NCBI GenBank assembly: GCA_035482295.1
Contig: DATHQX010000222.1
Location: forward strand, 24,911-88,910
From: Verrucomicrobiia bacterium
Lineage (GTDB): Bacteria > Acidobacteriota > Terriglobia > Terriglobales > Acidobacteriaceae
Reading direction: 5' to 3'
DNA length: 64,000 nt
Position numbers and translations under genes: made by a program. This document shows positions 1 to 8,564 of this stretch, one piece after another; position 1 is the first letter of the stretch; each line of letters opens with the position of its first letter. The notes beneath the pieces were generated by a model, which saw nothing but the letters and a program-made list of their open reading frames with translations, was not told where the DNA came from and made no database searches.

Positions 1-1254
1 TGGGATCCCAACTATCAGATCAAGGTTCGCGTGATCTGCGAGCGTCCCTATCACGCGCTGTTCATGCACACCATGCTCATCCGCCCGACGCGCGAGCAAC
101 TGGCGAGCTTCGGGAAACCCGATTTCGTGATTTACAATGCCGGCCGTTTTCCGGCAAATAAATACACGGCGGGGGTTGGTTCGACGACCAGCATCTGCGT
201 CAACCTGGAAGATCGTGAACTGGTGATTTTGGGTACCGAATACGCCGGAGAAATGAAGAAGGGCGTGTTCACCGTAATGAACTACTTTGCCCCCAAACGC
301 GGAGTGCTCTCCATGCATTGCTCGGCGACCGCCGACAAGGTAACGGGTCGCTCTTCCCTGCTGTTCGGCCTCAGCGGCACGGGTAAGACAACGTTGTCAG
401 CCGATCCCAACCGCCTGCTGGTTGGTGACGACGAGCATTGCTGGAGTGACGCGGGAATCTTCAACATCGAGGGCGGCTGTTACGCAAAAGCCATCAACCT
501 CACACCAGAGTCGGAGCCCGATATCTTCCAGGCCTTGCGCTACGGAGCTGTGCTGGAAAATGTTGTGCTCGAAGAAGACCGGCACGTGGATTTCGCCGAT
601 ACCAAAATCACGGAGAACACTCGTGGCGCCTATCCCATCGAGTTCATACAGAACGCGAAAATTCCGTGCGTAGCCGATCATCCAACCGACATCATCTTTC
701 TGACTGCCGACGCCTTTGGAGTTCTGCCGCCGGTCAGCTCGTTGAGTCCGGCGCAGGCGATGTATCACTTCATCAGTGGATATACCGCCAAGGTTGCCGG
801 CACTGAGGTCGGCGTGAAAGATCCCACCGCAACGTTCTCGCCCTGTTTCAGTGGACCTTTCATCGTCTGGCACCCCAGCAAATACGCTGAACTTCTAGCC
901 GAAAAGATGAAAAAACATGGAGCCCGTGTCTGGCTGGTGAACACCGGCTGGAGCGGCGGCGCGTTTGGAGTTGGCAAGCGAATCAAACTGGCTCACACTC
1001 GCGCGATCGTCAACGCGATTCACAGCGGTAAGCTGGCCAACGTCAAGACCGAAAAAGACCCCGTATTCGGGCTTGAGGTCATCACCGAGTGCCCAGGTGT
1101 TCCATCCGAAATCCTCAACCCGCGCAATACGTGGGCGGATAAAGCCGCCTACGATACAGCGGCAAAGAAGCTGGCAAACCTGTTCCGTGAGAATTTCAAG
1201 ACGTACGAGGCGGGGGTTAGCGCCGAAGTCAGAGCAGCGGGACCTTCGGTTTAG
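1..1254 (+). CDS. pckA: Phosphoenolpyruvate carboxykinase (ATP), 5'-truncated by the window edge
   Basis: Frame 1 is open from nt 1 ([21 protein letters not shown]...), so the Met at 31 is internal. Motifs [11 protein letters not shown] (P-loop), [17 protein letters not shown] and VNTGWSGG are typical of ATP-dependent PckA. Confidence 0.95.
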   Translation, partial: WDPNYQIKVRVICERPYHALFMHTMLIRPTREQLASFGKPDFVIYNAGRFPANKYTAGVGSTTSICVNLEDRELVILGTEYAGEMKKGVFTVMNYFAPKRGVLSMHCSATADKVTGRSSLLFGLSGTGKTTLSADPNRLLVGDDEHCWSDAGIFNIEGGCYAKAINLTPESEPDIFQALRYGAVLENVVLEEDRHVDFADTKITENTRGAYPIEFIQNAKIPCVADHPTDIIFLTADAFGVLPPVSSLSPAQAMYHFISGYTAKVAGTEVGVKDPTATFSPCFSGPFIVWHPSKYAELLAEKMKKHGARVWLVNTGWSGGAFGVGKRIKLAHTRAIVNAIHSGKLANVKTEKDPVFGLEVITECPGVPSEILNPRNTWADKAAYDTAAKKLANLFRENFKTYEAGVSAEVRAAGPSV

Positions 1255-1305
1255 ACCTCAGGTCTGGCCGAGACCGCCGCTCTTGCGCGATCAACTTGTC
1301 GCAAG

Positions 1306-1728
1306 CTAGGGAGCACCTGGTGTGCTCCCTATTTCTTTGCACATCGGAGGAACAATCGATAATTTGCGCCGGGCAATCAGCTTCTCGATCGATCGCAGAA
1401 ACACCGAAGGCCCTAGACACTTCATCAGAATCAGATCTACATCGTCGGTTTCCGTCGGTGGATCGAAAGCTCCGTTCAACAGCACAAACAGAATTTCCGG
1501 CTTCAGACTCTTCATGGGGCGGGCGATCTGAGCACCCTTCATTCCCTGCAGATACTGCTCCGTTAGGACGACATCTACCCGCGAGTTGCGAAATAGATTC
1601 CACCCCGCTTCCGCCGATGCTGCTGTGCGAACTTCATAACCGGCGATCGAAAGAAGCAGGCTGCGAGCCATCAACGCCTTCGGATCGTCGTCGATACATA
1701 AAATCACTGTGGGAGCTACTTTGGGCAC
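1306..1728 (-). CDS. Single-domain response regulator (CheY-like receiver)
   Basis: Receiver-domain pattern TVILCIDDDPKAL...VDVVLTEQYLQGMKG...ILFVLLNG. I prefer the in-frame GTG at 1728, preceded by GGAGA; the long ORF reaching 1887 adds a non-receiver-like N-terminus. Confidence 0.75.
   Translation of the reverse strand: MPKVAPTVILCIDDDPKALMARSLLLSIAGYEVRTAASAEAGWNLFRNSRVDVVLTEQYLQGMKGAQIARPMKSLKPEILFVLLNGAFDPPTETDDVDLILMKCLGPSVFLRSIEKLIARRKLSIVPPMCKEIGSTPGAP
1308..1338 (+). terminator. Candidate intrinsic terminator after pckA; overlaps the 3' end of the convergent gene
   Basis: Perfect 9-bp stem AGGGAGCAC (1308-1316) / GTGCTCCCT (1322-1330) with a 5-nt loop, followed by ATTTCTTT. Confidence 0.4.
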
Positions 1729-2062
1729 ACGTTTCTCCGGTACACAGCAGCTTCTCTCGCTGCCGCGGTAGAACTTTTGCAAACCTGATCCCCTATAAGA
1801 CCGGGCCTGAAACCTGTTGGTAAAACAGAGGGGTAAATTCTTGAGCACGGTTTCCGAAGAGCCATCTTCAAAAGTCGAGGGCCACAACCTGTGGCCCTCG
1901 CTGCGTATCGAAACCCTTACCGCTCACAGCCCCATGTCAGACATGGAAGCAAATTGCCGATGTGACAATCATTACAGAGCGGCGACGGTAGATCGTTGTC
2001 AGGCCGCAGATTTGACGTTGCGCCAAATCAAAGAGCGGTGGTTACCCCGGCAGACTGGACGA

Positions 2063-2755
2063 TTAGAGGTCCTGCAGCAGGAGCCTTTCGGGAAATGGAA
2101 CCAGCACTTTTCCGCGGCTTTTCTTGACCAAACCGCCGCGCTGCCATTCGCTCATCAGGCGACTGACGGTGAACGTAGTTACGTTTGCGGCTGATGCCAG
2201 CTCCTCGTTGCGAATCGCAAGCTCAATTCCCCCGGATACGCGACGCCCAATGCCGCTGGCCATGCCGACCAGTACCTCCGCCAGCCGTTGACGAGCCGAG
2301 TGGCAGCTGAGCGCCACTTGCGTGGCGATGCTGGCGTTCAAATATTCCGACGCAATCGACAATCCATTGTCCATCAGTTGCGGATAGCGAAGGATCAACG
2401 TCCGGATGCTTGCCCGATCCCATGTCAGGGTGTAGCTGTCTTTCACCGCTTCGGTGCTGACGATGTACTCGGAATGCCGGGCAATCAGGGCCATACCGCC
2501 AAACATCTCACCGGCTGGATAGGAGTAGACATGCAGCTTGTGCCCCGTCTGGGTAAGGAAGAAGCTGCGTGCGGCGCCGGTAAGAACCATGTAAATCTGG
2601 TTGGCGGGATGGCCCTGGTTGGTGATGACTGACTTGGCCAGAAACCGCTGCTGGCGCGCCGGCGCCAGGACGGCGCTCAATTCCTCCGGCGCCAGATCTT
2701 GTAGAAACGGAGGCTTGAGCCTTTTGACGAAGGCGGTCAACTCGGATGCGGTCAT
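2063..2755 (-). CDS. Crp/Fnr family transcriptional regulator
   Basis: cNMP-binding-like N-terminal domain and a C-terminal HTH (NEELASAANVTTFTVSRLMSEWQRGGLV). The ATG at 2755 has AGGAG 8 nt upstream and gives about 230 aa; the ORF is open up to 2899. Confidence 0.85.
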   Translation of the reverse strand: MTASELTAFVKRLKPPFLQDLAPEELSAVLAPARQQRFLAKSVITNQGHPANQIYMVLTGAARSFFLTQTGHKLHVYSYPAGEMFGGMALIARHSEYIVSTEAVKDSYTLTWDRASIRTLILRYPQLMDNGLSIASEYLNASIATQVALSCHSARQRLAEVLVGMASGIGRRVSGGIELAIRNEELASAANVTTFTVSRLMSEWQRGGLVKKSRGKVLVPFPERLLLQDL

Positions 2756-2986
2756 TCGGTTGGCTCCTGAGATGAAGGCGAAAGTCATTATCAGGGCGGA
2801 GTTGGTGACAATCAAGCTATTGTTCGGTTGTAGGCTGGAGTCTCGCCGGATTTGAAACCAACGCGGGCAGGATTCGATGTTAACTGCATCGCTTGCCATC
2901 GACCCGGTTTGGGCATTCCATCTTCCTTCAGCTAATCTGGATTGGCAGTCATAAGAGCTGTATTCAACCGGAACCAGAGGTAGGTC

Positions 2987-3457
2987 ATGAACGTTTCAAA
3001 AGTGTTGGCATTCGTGCTCTGCGCGTTTCTGCTCGCGACAGTAGCGATGGCACAGACTGCGCAACCGTCACAACTGCCTCCCGGCAGCCCGCAGCTCGTT
3101 AGTCCTGAAGATCTCGTAAAGGTGCTCCAGTCGCCTACGGGCGAGAAGCCTCTCATACTGAATGTCGGACCATGGCTGCTCTATCGGCAGGCACACATTC
3201 CCGATGCAGAGTACGTTGGAACCGGCTCTGAGAAGGACGGGCTCCAGAAGCTGCGCGCCCGCGTAAAATCGCTCCCACACAATAACGCTATTATTCTTTA
3301 CTGCGGTTGCTGTCCCTGGAGTCACTGTCCCAATGTTCAGCCCGCCTTCAAGGAGCTGACTTCGATGGGCTTCACGAATGTCAAAGTGCTGTACATTGCC
3401 GACGACTTCGGTACCGACTGGGTCTACAAGGGATATCCCACCATCAAAGGTCAATAA
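2987..3457 (+). CDS. Secreted rhodanese-like domain protein (non-canonical CGCCPW...CPN loop)
   Basis: Signal peptide MNVSKVLAFVLCAFLLATVAMAQT; rhodanese-like layout with the Cys-rich loop ILYCGCCPWSHCPN. Confidence 0.6.
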   Translation: MNVSKVLAFVLCAFLLATVAMAQTAQPSQLPPGSPQLVSPEDLVKVLQSPTGEKPLILNVGPWLLYRQAHIPDAEYVGTGSEKDGLQKLRARVKSLPHNNAIILYCGCCPWSHCPNVQPAFKELTSMGFTNVKVLYIADDFGTDWVYKGYPTIKGQ

Positions 3458-3460
3458 CGC

Positions 3461-3979
3461 ATGAGAAAAGTTGTCCTGATAATTATCGCGATCGCCGTCG
3501 TGATCGGTCTCTATGAGTTCGCGCGTCACCAATCGGCCCGTAACGGCGGACCTGCAGGAACCGTCGGTTCGGTGGCCGCTCCGTTTTCGCTTACTGACAT
3601 CGACGGGAAGCCTGTGAACCTGGCGAGCTACAAGGGGAAGGTCGTCCTACTGGATTTCTGGGCAACATGGTGTGTTCCCTGTCAGTCGGAGATTCCGCAC
3701 TTCGTCGAGTTTCAGAACAACTACGCAGCGCAAGGCTTTCAGGTGGTCGGTATTTCTATGGACGACGGGCCTGATCCGGTGCGCACTTTCTACCGGCAGT
3801 ACAAAATGAACTATCCCGTGGCGATGGGATCGACGGAGTTGGCGCAGTCCTACGGCGGAATCCTAGGCTTGCCAGTCACATTTCTGATCGACCGCAATGG
3901 CCATGTTGCCGCGAATTACCGCGGACAAACCGATACCGCCGTGATTCAGCAACGGCTCGAGGCCCTACTGAAGCAGTAG
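3461..3979 (+). CDS. TlpA/ResA-like periplasmic thiol:disulfide oxidoreductase (thioredoxin fold)
   Basis: N-terminal TM anchor and the motif LLDFWATWCVPCQSEIP (WCxxC). Sits 3 nt after the preceding gene. Confidence 0.9.
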   Translation: MRKVVLIIIAIAVVIGLYEFARHQSARNGGPAGTVGSVAAPFSLTDIDGKPVNLASYKGKVVLLDFWATWCVPCQSEIPHFVEFQNNYAAQGFQVVGISMDDGPDPVRTFYRQYKMNYPVAMGSTELAQSYGGILGLPVTFLIDRNGHVAANYRGQTDTAVIQQRLEALLKQ

Positions 3980-4007
3980 GTCAAGATCCGGCTTCGCTCA
4001 GCGCGGA

Positions 4008-4982
4008 TCACTTTAAAGGAAAGTACTGATGGAATAGCGCCGTCAAGCCGCGATCCCCGCGCTCTTCCACAGCCGAAGTCACGGATTGCCTGACTGCCTC
4101 GTTGCTGCCGTAGTTCGACAGAGCCCCCAATATCTCTCCCGCCGTCGCTAGGTCGGTGTTCTGCAACTGCGAACCGAGAAAATCGATGGCTTCCTGGAGT
4201 CGCGACGCCGCGAGGGCACCCACCAGCGCCTTGCGTGCAGAACGATCGACAGTGCGCTCCCACTTGTCCTTGAGCGCCTCGACAGCGGCCGGTCGCCGCG
4301 ATTGCCCCAGCGCCCAAATCGCGGCCTCGGTGATCGCCTCGTCCTCGGAATCCATATACCTCGCAACAAACGACAGCGTTTGCTCAGGTGCGCAGGACAT
4401 CAGAGCAGAAAAACCCTCTGCCGTGACTTCCAGGTCTTCGTCACCAACCAGGGCCTTAAAGCGGAGCAGCAGCGCCCCAGCTTCACCACCGTTCAAGGCC
4501 AATGCCCGAATAGCACCCAGTCGCGCAGCCGGCTCAGGATCGGCGAGCAGATCCACGACCAGAGACATGGCGTCCGCGCTATGCGTGCGAAGCAAGCCTT
4601 GTGCGCAGATACCACGTAGCTTAGTGGCAGTGTCGACCGGGGGACCGAACGATGCTTCTTTCTGCACGTGCCGAATGCCACGCCGGTAGACCTCCGGCTC
4701 GGTGTAATCAAGCTCGTACAACGCGGTGATGATCTCTGTGATCGCAGCGCAACGCTTGTCGAGCTTCTGTGGATTGGTCATCATCCGATCGAACGCCGCT
4801 GTAAGTTCAGGCACGAGAGACAACCGCAGCTCCCCGACAACCTTCGCTGCTTTGGCAATAACCAGGTTGGAGCGATCCCTCAGGAAGCCACGCAACTGGA
4901 CAGCAGCCTCTTTCGGATCATTCTTGGAGCGGAGGTCGCCGATCGCGTTCAGCGCCTGCTCGATGGGGTCGGTCTTCTTCAT
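4008..4982 (-). CDS. HEAT-repeat protein
   Basis: Repeated helical HEAT/PBS-lyase-like units (DPEPAARLGAIRALA, DSEDEAITEAAIWALGQSRRPAAVEAL, ARKALVGALAASRLQEAIDFL). Its start overlaps the stop of the upstream flippase by 4 nt (ATGA). Confidence 0.6.
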   Translation of the reverse strand: MKKTDPIEQALNAIGDLRSKNDPKEAAVQLRGFLRDRSNLVIAKAAKVVGELRLSLVPELTAAFDRMMTNPQKLDKRCAAITEIITALYELDYTEPEVYRRGIRHVQKEASFGPPVDTATKLRGICAQGLLRTHSADAMSLVVDLLADPEPAARLGAIRALALNGGEAGALLLRFKALVGDEDLEVTAEGFSALMSCAPEQTLSFVARYMDSEDEAITEAAIWALGQSRRPAAVEALKDKWERTVDRSARKALVGALAASRLQEAIDFLGSQLQNTDLATAGEILGALSNYGSNEAVRQSVTSAVEERGDRGLTALFHQYFPLK

Positions 4983-6520
4983 AACTCAACCTGGGGCGCA
5001 GCGACGGCGGCTGCTTCTTCGAAGGTCGGGGTGAACGATCTCATTTCCCGACGGAATTGTCGCGACTGGGGCATAACCAGTATCGCTGCTACGGCTAGAA
5101 GGCCGAGACCGATACCCGCGCATACTCGCAGTACAGCCCCTCCTGCGGTCAGATGAAGAATTGCAGCCATGCTCGCCGCTGGCGTTACATACAACAATGT
5201 TCTCCAGGTCAGCGCGCTTCGCCCGGTGAATATGTGAAACGCGACTACTGCTCCGATCAGATAGAACAGTTCCGTGGCTGCCGTGGCGAAGCCGGCGGCG
5301 GTGAAGTTGTAACGCCGCAGCAGTACGAGGTTCAGCGCGACGTTGGCGACCAGCGCCAGGGTTCCGATTGTCAACAGGACCTTTTCCCTTCGGTCCGCCA
5401 GCATGGACGCCGTCACGACGGTTGTGACGCAAACCAATCCCAAGGCCACAGACAGCCAGCGAAAGGCATTTACGCAGGAGAGGGGCCCTTCGAGGTAGCG
5501 CACAGGATATAGAAGCCTGACGAGATCGGGAGCCAGGAGAACGCCGGCCACCGCGCCGCAGCTTCCGACTCCGAAAGCGATCTCGCAGGCGCTCCTCACC
5601 TGGCAAATGAACTGTTCACGGCTTCTAGTCAGCACCACCGTTAGCACCGGCACAACAGGAACCATTAGCAGCCAGGGCAGGAGCAGCAACGGATTGATCG
5701 GTCTGAACGCCGCTGCGTAGGCGCCAAGCTCGTCCCGTCCGCGCAAGGCGAGAACAAAGAAAACATCGCAGTTGAAATAGACGGTGTAGATCAGGCTGGC
5801 CAGACTGAAGATCAGCGCTGGTCCGACAAACGCTTTCAACGCTCGACCGCGGAATCCGGCTTTAGGGTGATACCCCAACAGTCGGTTCGCCAGGATCTTT
5901 GTGCCCAGCAGCGAGAACGCTTCACGTATTACCAGCAGCAAAGCGAACACAGCTCCGGCGAAAGCGAGGCGGTTGAATACAACGCTGCCTAGCAGTACCA
6001 GAAACCCGCCGCACAAGTTCAGGAATGCCGGTCCTCCTTGCGCTTGTCGAACTTGGAACGCAGGGTCCAAAGCTGCCGGCTCGGTGAACAGCAGCACGAC
6101 ACCTGCCGCTAACAACACCCAACGCTCCTGCGGGTCCCTCTGCACGAAAGCGAAAACGAACAGCGCGAGTGCCAGCGCCACCCCGGCCGCTCTGCGGTAG
6201 GCCATCATGCCTTCCAGGATCGGGCGCTCGCGCTGCGGATCTTGAGCGATGTCCCTTGCAGCAACATTGCTTAATCCAAGATCGAGAACCTTGCGAGCGA
6301 GAATGAAGATAGTTCCGATAAGTGAGAAGAATCCGAAGGCCGCTGGAGACAATACGCGCGCCAGATAGACGGTGATTACCAGCGCCAGACCGAGTTGTCC
6401 CAGTGCGCTCGCCAGCAGAACGGCCTGAGCAACATTCGGACTGCCCCGGGGCGTCATCTGCGGGCCAGATGGTGCGGCCTGGACCGACGCGCCCGCCTGC
6501 GGTTTGTGACGCTCGCCCAT
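4979..6520 (-). CDS. MOP-superfamily polysaccharide flippase (Wzx-like polysaccharide biosynthesis protein)
   Basis: About 12-14 hydrophobic segments with a Polysacc_synt-like pattern. The start is placed at ATG 6520 (MGERHKPQ...), because the ORF extension to 6862 is non-membrane-like and collides with the divergent gene at 6593. Confidence 0.7.
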   Translation of the reverse strand: MGERHKPQAGASVQAAPSGPQMTPRGSPNVAQAVLLASALGQLGLALVITVYLARVLSPAAFGFFSLIGTIFILARKVLDLGLSNVAARDIAQDPQRERPILEGMMAYRRAAGVALALALFVFAFVQRDPQERWVLLAAGVVLLFTEPAALDPAFQVRQAQGGPAFLNLCGGFLVLLGSVVFNRLAFAGAVFALLLVIREAFSLLGTKILANRLLGYHPKAGFRGRALKAFVGPALIFSLASLIYTVYFNCDVFFVLALRGRDELGAYAAAFRPINPLLLLPWLLMVPVVPVLTVVLTRSREQFICQVRSACEIAFGVGSCGAVAGVLLAPDLVRLLYPVRYLEGPLSCVNAFRWLSVALGLVCVTTVVTASMLADRREKVLLTIGTLALVANVALNLVLLRRYNFTAAGFATAATELFYLIGAVVAFHIFTGRSALTWRTLLYVTPAASMAAILHLTAGGAVLRVCAGIGLGLLAVAAILVMPQSRQFRREMRSFTPTFEEAAAVAAPQVEL

Positions 6521-6592
6521 CCTGCTCCCGCTTCGAATAGTACAATGAAGAGTTTCCTCATACTTCTTTGTTGTTCTAGTAAGGGCTGACCC

Positions 6593-7354
6593 GTGTTTTG
6601 TAAGGTCTACTGCAGTATTCTGATCGTCCTCGTCGTACTTTCGATAACCGCTTGCAACTCTCATGCAGCTGGGAGCACAGAATCGTCTGCTGCAGCATCG
6701 CAACCCAAAGCCGCTCCGGTCGATCCGGCTACGGCAGCCAGCATCACCGGCATCGTCAATTTCGACGGCACGCCGCCGAAGGCTCGAGCAATCGATATGT
6801 CCAACGATCCCGGATGCAAGGGTCAGACTGAATCGGAGCAGGTGGTCGTGGACGACGGTCACATGGCCAACGTGCTCGTGTACGTCAAAGGCGGGCTACC
6901 GGCAGGCAGCTACGATCCGCCGAAGCAGAGTGTCAGCATCAGGCAGGAAGGCTGCCGCTACGTTCCACACATGGCTGCCGTGATGGTTGGCCAACCGGTC
7001 AATTTCGTTGACGATGACCAGACCCTGCACAACATTCACCCGATGCCCAAAAACAATCCCCAATGGAACCAGTCTCAGATGCCAAACTCACAACCGCTGG
7101 AGAAGACCTTCGACCATCCCGAACTGATGATTCCTATCAAGTGCAATCAGCATCCCTGGATGCAGATGTACCTCAGCGTTCTTAGCAGCCCTTACTTTGC
7201 GGTCACCGGGAAAGATGGCAAGTTCACGCTCGCCGGTCTCCCACCCGGAACCTATACCATCGCGGCGGTGCAGGAGAAGTACGGTGAGAAGACTCAAACC
7301 ATTTCCATTGGGCCCAAGGAAGATAAGAACCTAAGCTTCAGCTATCAGCCGTAA
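6593..7354 (+). CDS. Lipoprotein with a carboxypeptidase-regulatory-like (Ig-like) C-terminal domain
   Basis: Lipobox LSITAC after a hydrophobic leader; C-terminal TGKDGKFTLAGLPPGTYTIAAVQEKYG resembles a CarboxypepD_reg fold. GTG start. Confidence 0.55.
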   Translation: MFCKVYCSILIVLVVLSITACNSHAAGSTESSAAASQPKAAPVDPATAASITGIVNFDGTPPKARAIDMSNDPGCKGQTESEQVVVDDGHMANVLVYVKGGLPAGSYDPPKQSVSIRQEGCRYVPHMAAVMVGQPVNFVDDDQTLHNIHPMPKNNPQWNQSQMPNSQPLEKTFDHPELMIPIKCNQHPWMQMYLSVLSSPYFAVTGKDGKFTLAGLPPGTYTIAAVQEKYGEKTQTISIGPKEDKNLSFSYQP

Positions 7355-7430
7355 GTTATTGTTGATTCACCAGATTCTCATTGACCCGAGCGGGGTGAGT
7401 GCGCTCCCGCCTAAGCTATACTCGCCCACC

Positions 7431-8564
7431 ATGGATCGACGAGCGGCGCTGAAATCGTTGGGGATTCTTGCCGGAGCGATTGCACTCGATGGCTGCGCGT
7501 CGAAGCACGTTTCGCAGGCGGCCATCCCGCCTGCGCCAACGGCGCCACCGCTCCTCAAGCTGCCTAAGGTCGACGTCAGTCCCGACCGGGAGATCCGCAC
7601 CGTTGTTGGGCTGCGGCCGTTTCGCCCATCGGGATTTGTTGTCGCCGCGCAGAAGTTCGACGACAAACTGGTCGTCCACAATTACGGGCACGGTGGCGGG
7701 GGCGTCACTCTCTCGTGGGGAACGGCCGAGTTGGCCTGCCGGGAAGTGGACGCGGCAGGAGTGAAAAACGTCGCGGTTCTGGGATGTGGAGCCGTCGGGC
7801 TGGCAACGGCTCGACTACTGCAGGAACGCGGATGCCGCGTCACTATTTACGCCAAGGCTCTTCCGCCAAACACGACCTCCAACATCGCCGGCGCACAGTG
7901 GTGTCCGGTGTCTGTCTACCATCACGGCAAAGAGGCGCCTGGCTTCCTGCCGCGATTTGTCGAGGCGTCCCATATCGCAAATCGCCGCTATCAATTGATG
8001 GTCGGCTCGCGTTACGGAATCCGTTGGATGCCGAACTTCGTGATGGGTCGGGACTCGATACCGCCAGGCGCGCTGCTTGCGCTCGACAGCCCGATTCGCG
8101 ACCTCCTGCCCGAGATGCATGATCTCGCCCCGCCGCAAAATCCCTTTCCGTATCCCTGGGTACGCCAATTCGACACCATGATGATCGAGCCCAACACCTA
8201 TCTTCCGGCGGTGATGCAGGACTTCCGAATTGCCGGGGGACAAATCGAAGTACGCGAGATTCGCGAGATCGCCGAGTTGCAGACGCTGCCGGAGAAAGTC
8301 ATCGTGAACTGCACCGGACTCGGCGCGAAGGCCCTCTTCGGCGATGAAGAACTCACGCCCGTCAAAGGCCAACTCACGATTCTGTTGCCGCAGTCCGATA
8401 TCGCCTACTGCACCCTTCCCGAAGACCTCTACATGTTCCCTCGCACCGACGGCATCCTGCTCGGCGGTACGCACGAGACTGGGGTATGGTCGCTCGAGCC
8501 GAACCTTGAGGCCAAGCAGCGAATTGTCGCCGGACATCAGCAGTTCTTCCGCGACATGCGTTAA
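7431..8564 (+). CDS. Tat-exported FAD-dependent oxidoreductase (D-amino-acid-oxidase family), possible lipoprotein
   Basis: Start at ATG 7431 gives MDRRAALKSLGILAGAIALDGCAS (twin-arginine motif plus a Cys). Also the dinucleotide fold VAVLGCGAVGLATARLLQERGCRVTIYAK and VHNYGHGGGGVTLSWG, typical of the DAO family. Confidence 0.8.
   Translation: MDRRAALKSLGILAGAIALDGCASKHVSQAAIPPAPTAPPLLKLPKVDVSPDREIRTVVGLRPFRPSGFVVAAQKFDDKLVVHNYGHGGGGVTLSWGTAELACREVDAAGVKNVAVLGCGAVGLATARLLQERGCRVTIYAKALPPNTTSNIAGAQWCPVSVYHHGKEAPGFLPRFVEASHIANRRYQLMVGSRYGIRWMPNFVMGRDSIPPGALLALDSPIRDLLPEMHDLAPPQNPFPYPWVRQFDTMMIEPNTYLPAVMQDFRIAGGQIEVREIREIAELQTLPEKVIVNCTGLGAKALFGDEELTPVKGQLTILLPQSDIAYCTLPEDLYMFPRTDGILLGGTHETGVWSLEPNLEAKQRIVAGHQQFFRDMR

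Noticed and set aside
6521-6862. N-terminal 114-codon extension of the flippase ORF (4979..6862). Similar upstream extensions occur on ORFs at 7359, 18554, 21385, 21686, 27348, 31257, 32393, 37579, 41618, 43661 and 61868.
   Set aside because: The extensions overlap neighbouring genes or lack family-like sequence. Internal starts with RBS-like sequences or 4-nt stop/start overlaps give N-termini that match the expected family start or signal peptide.
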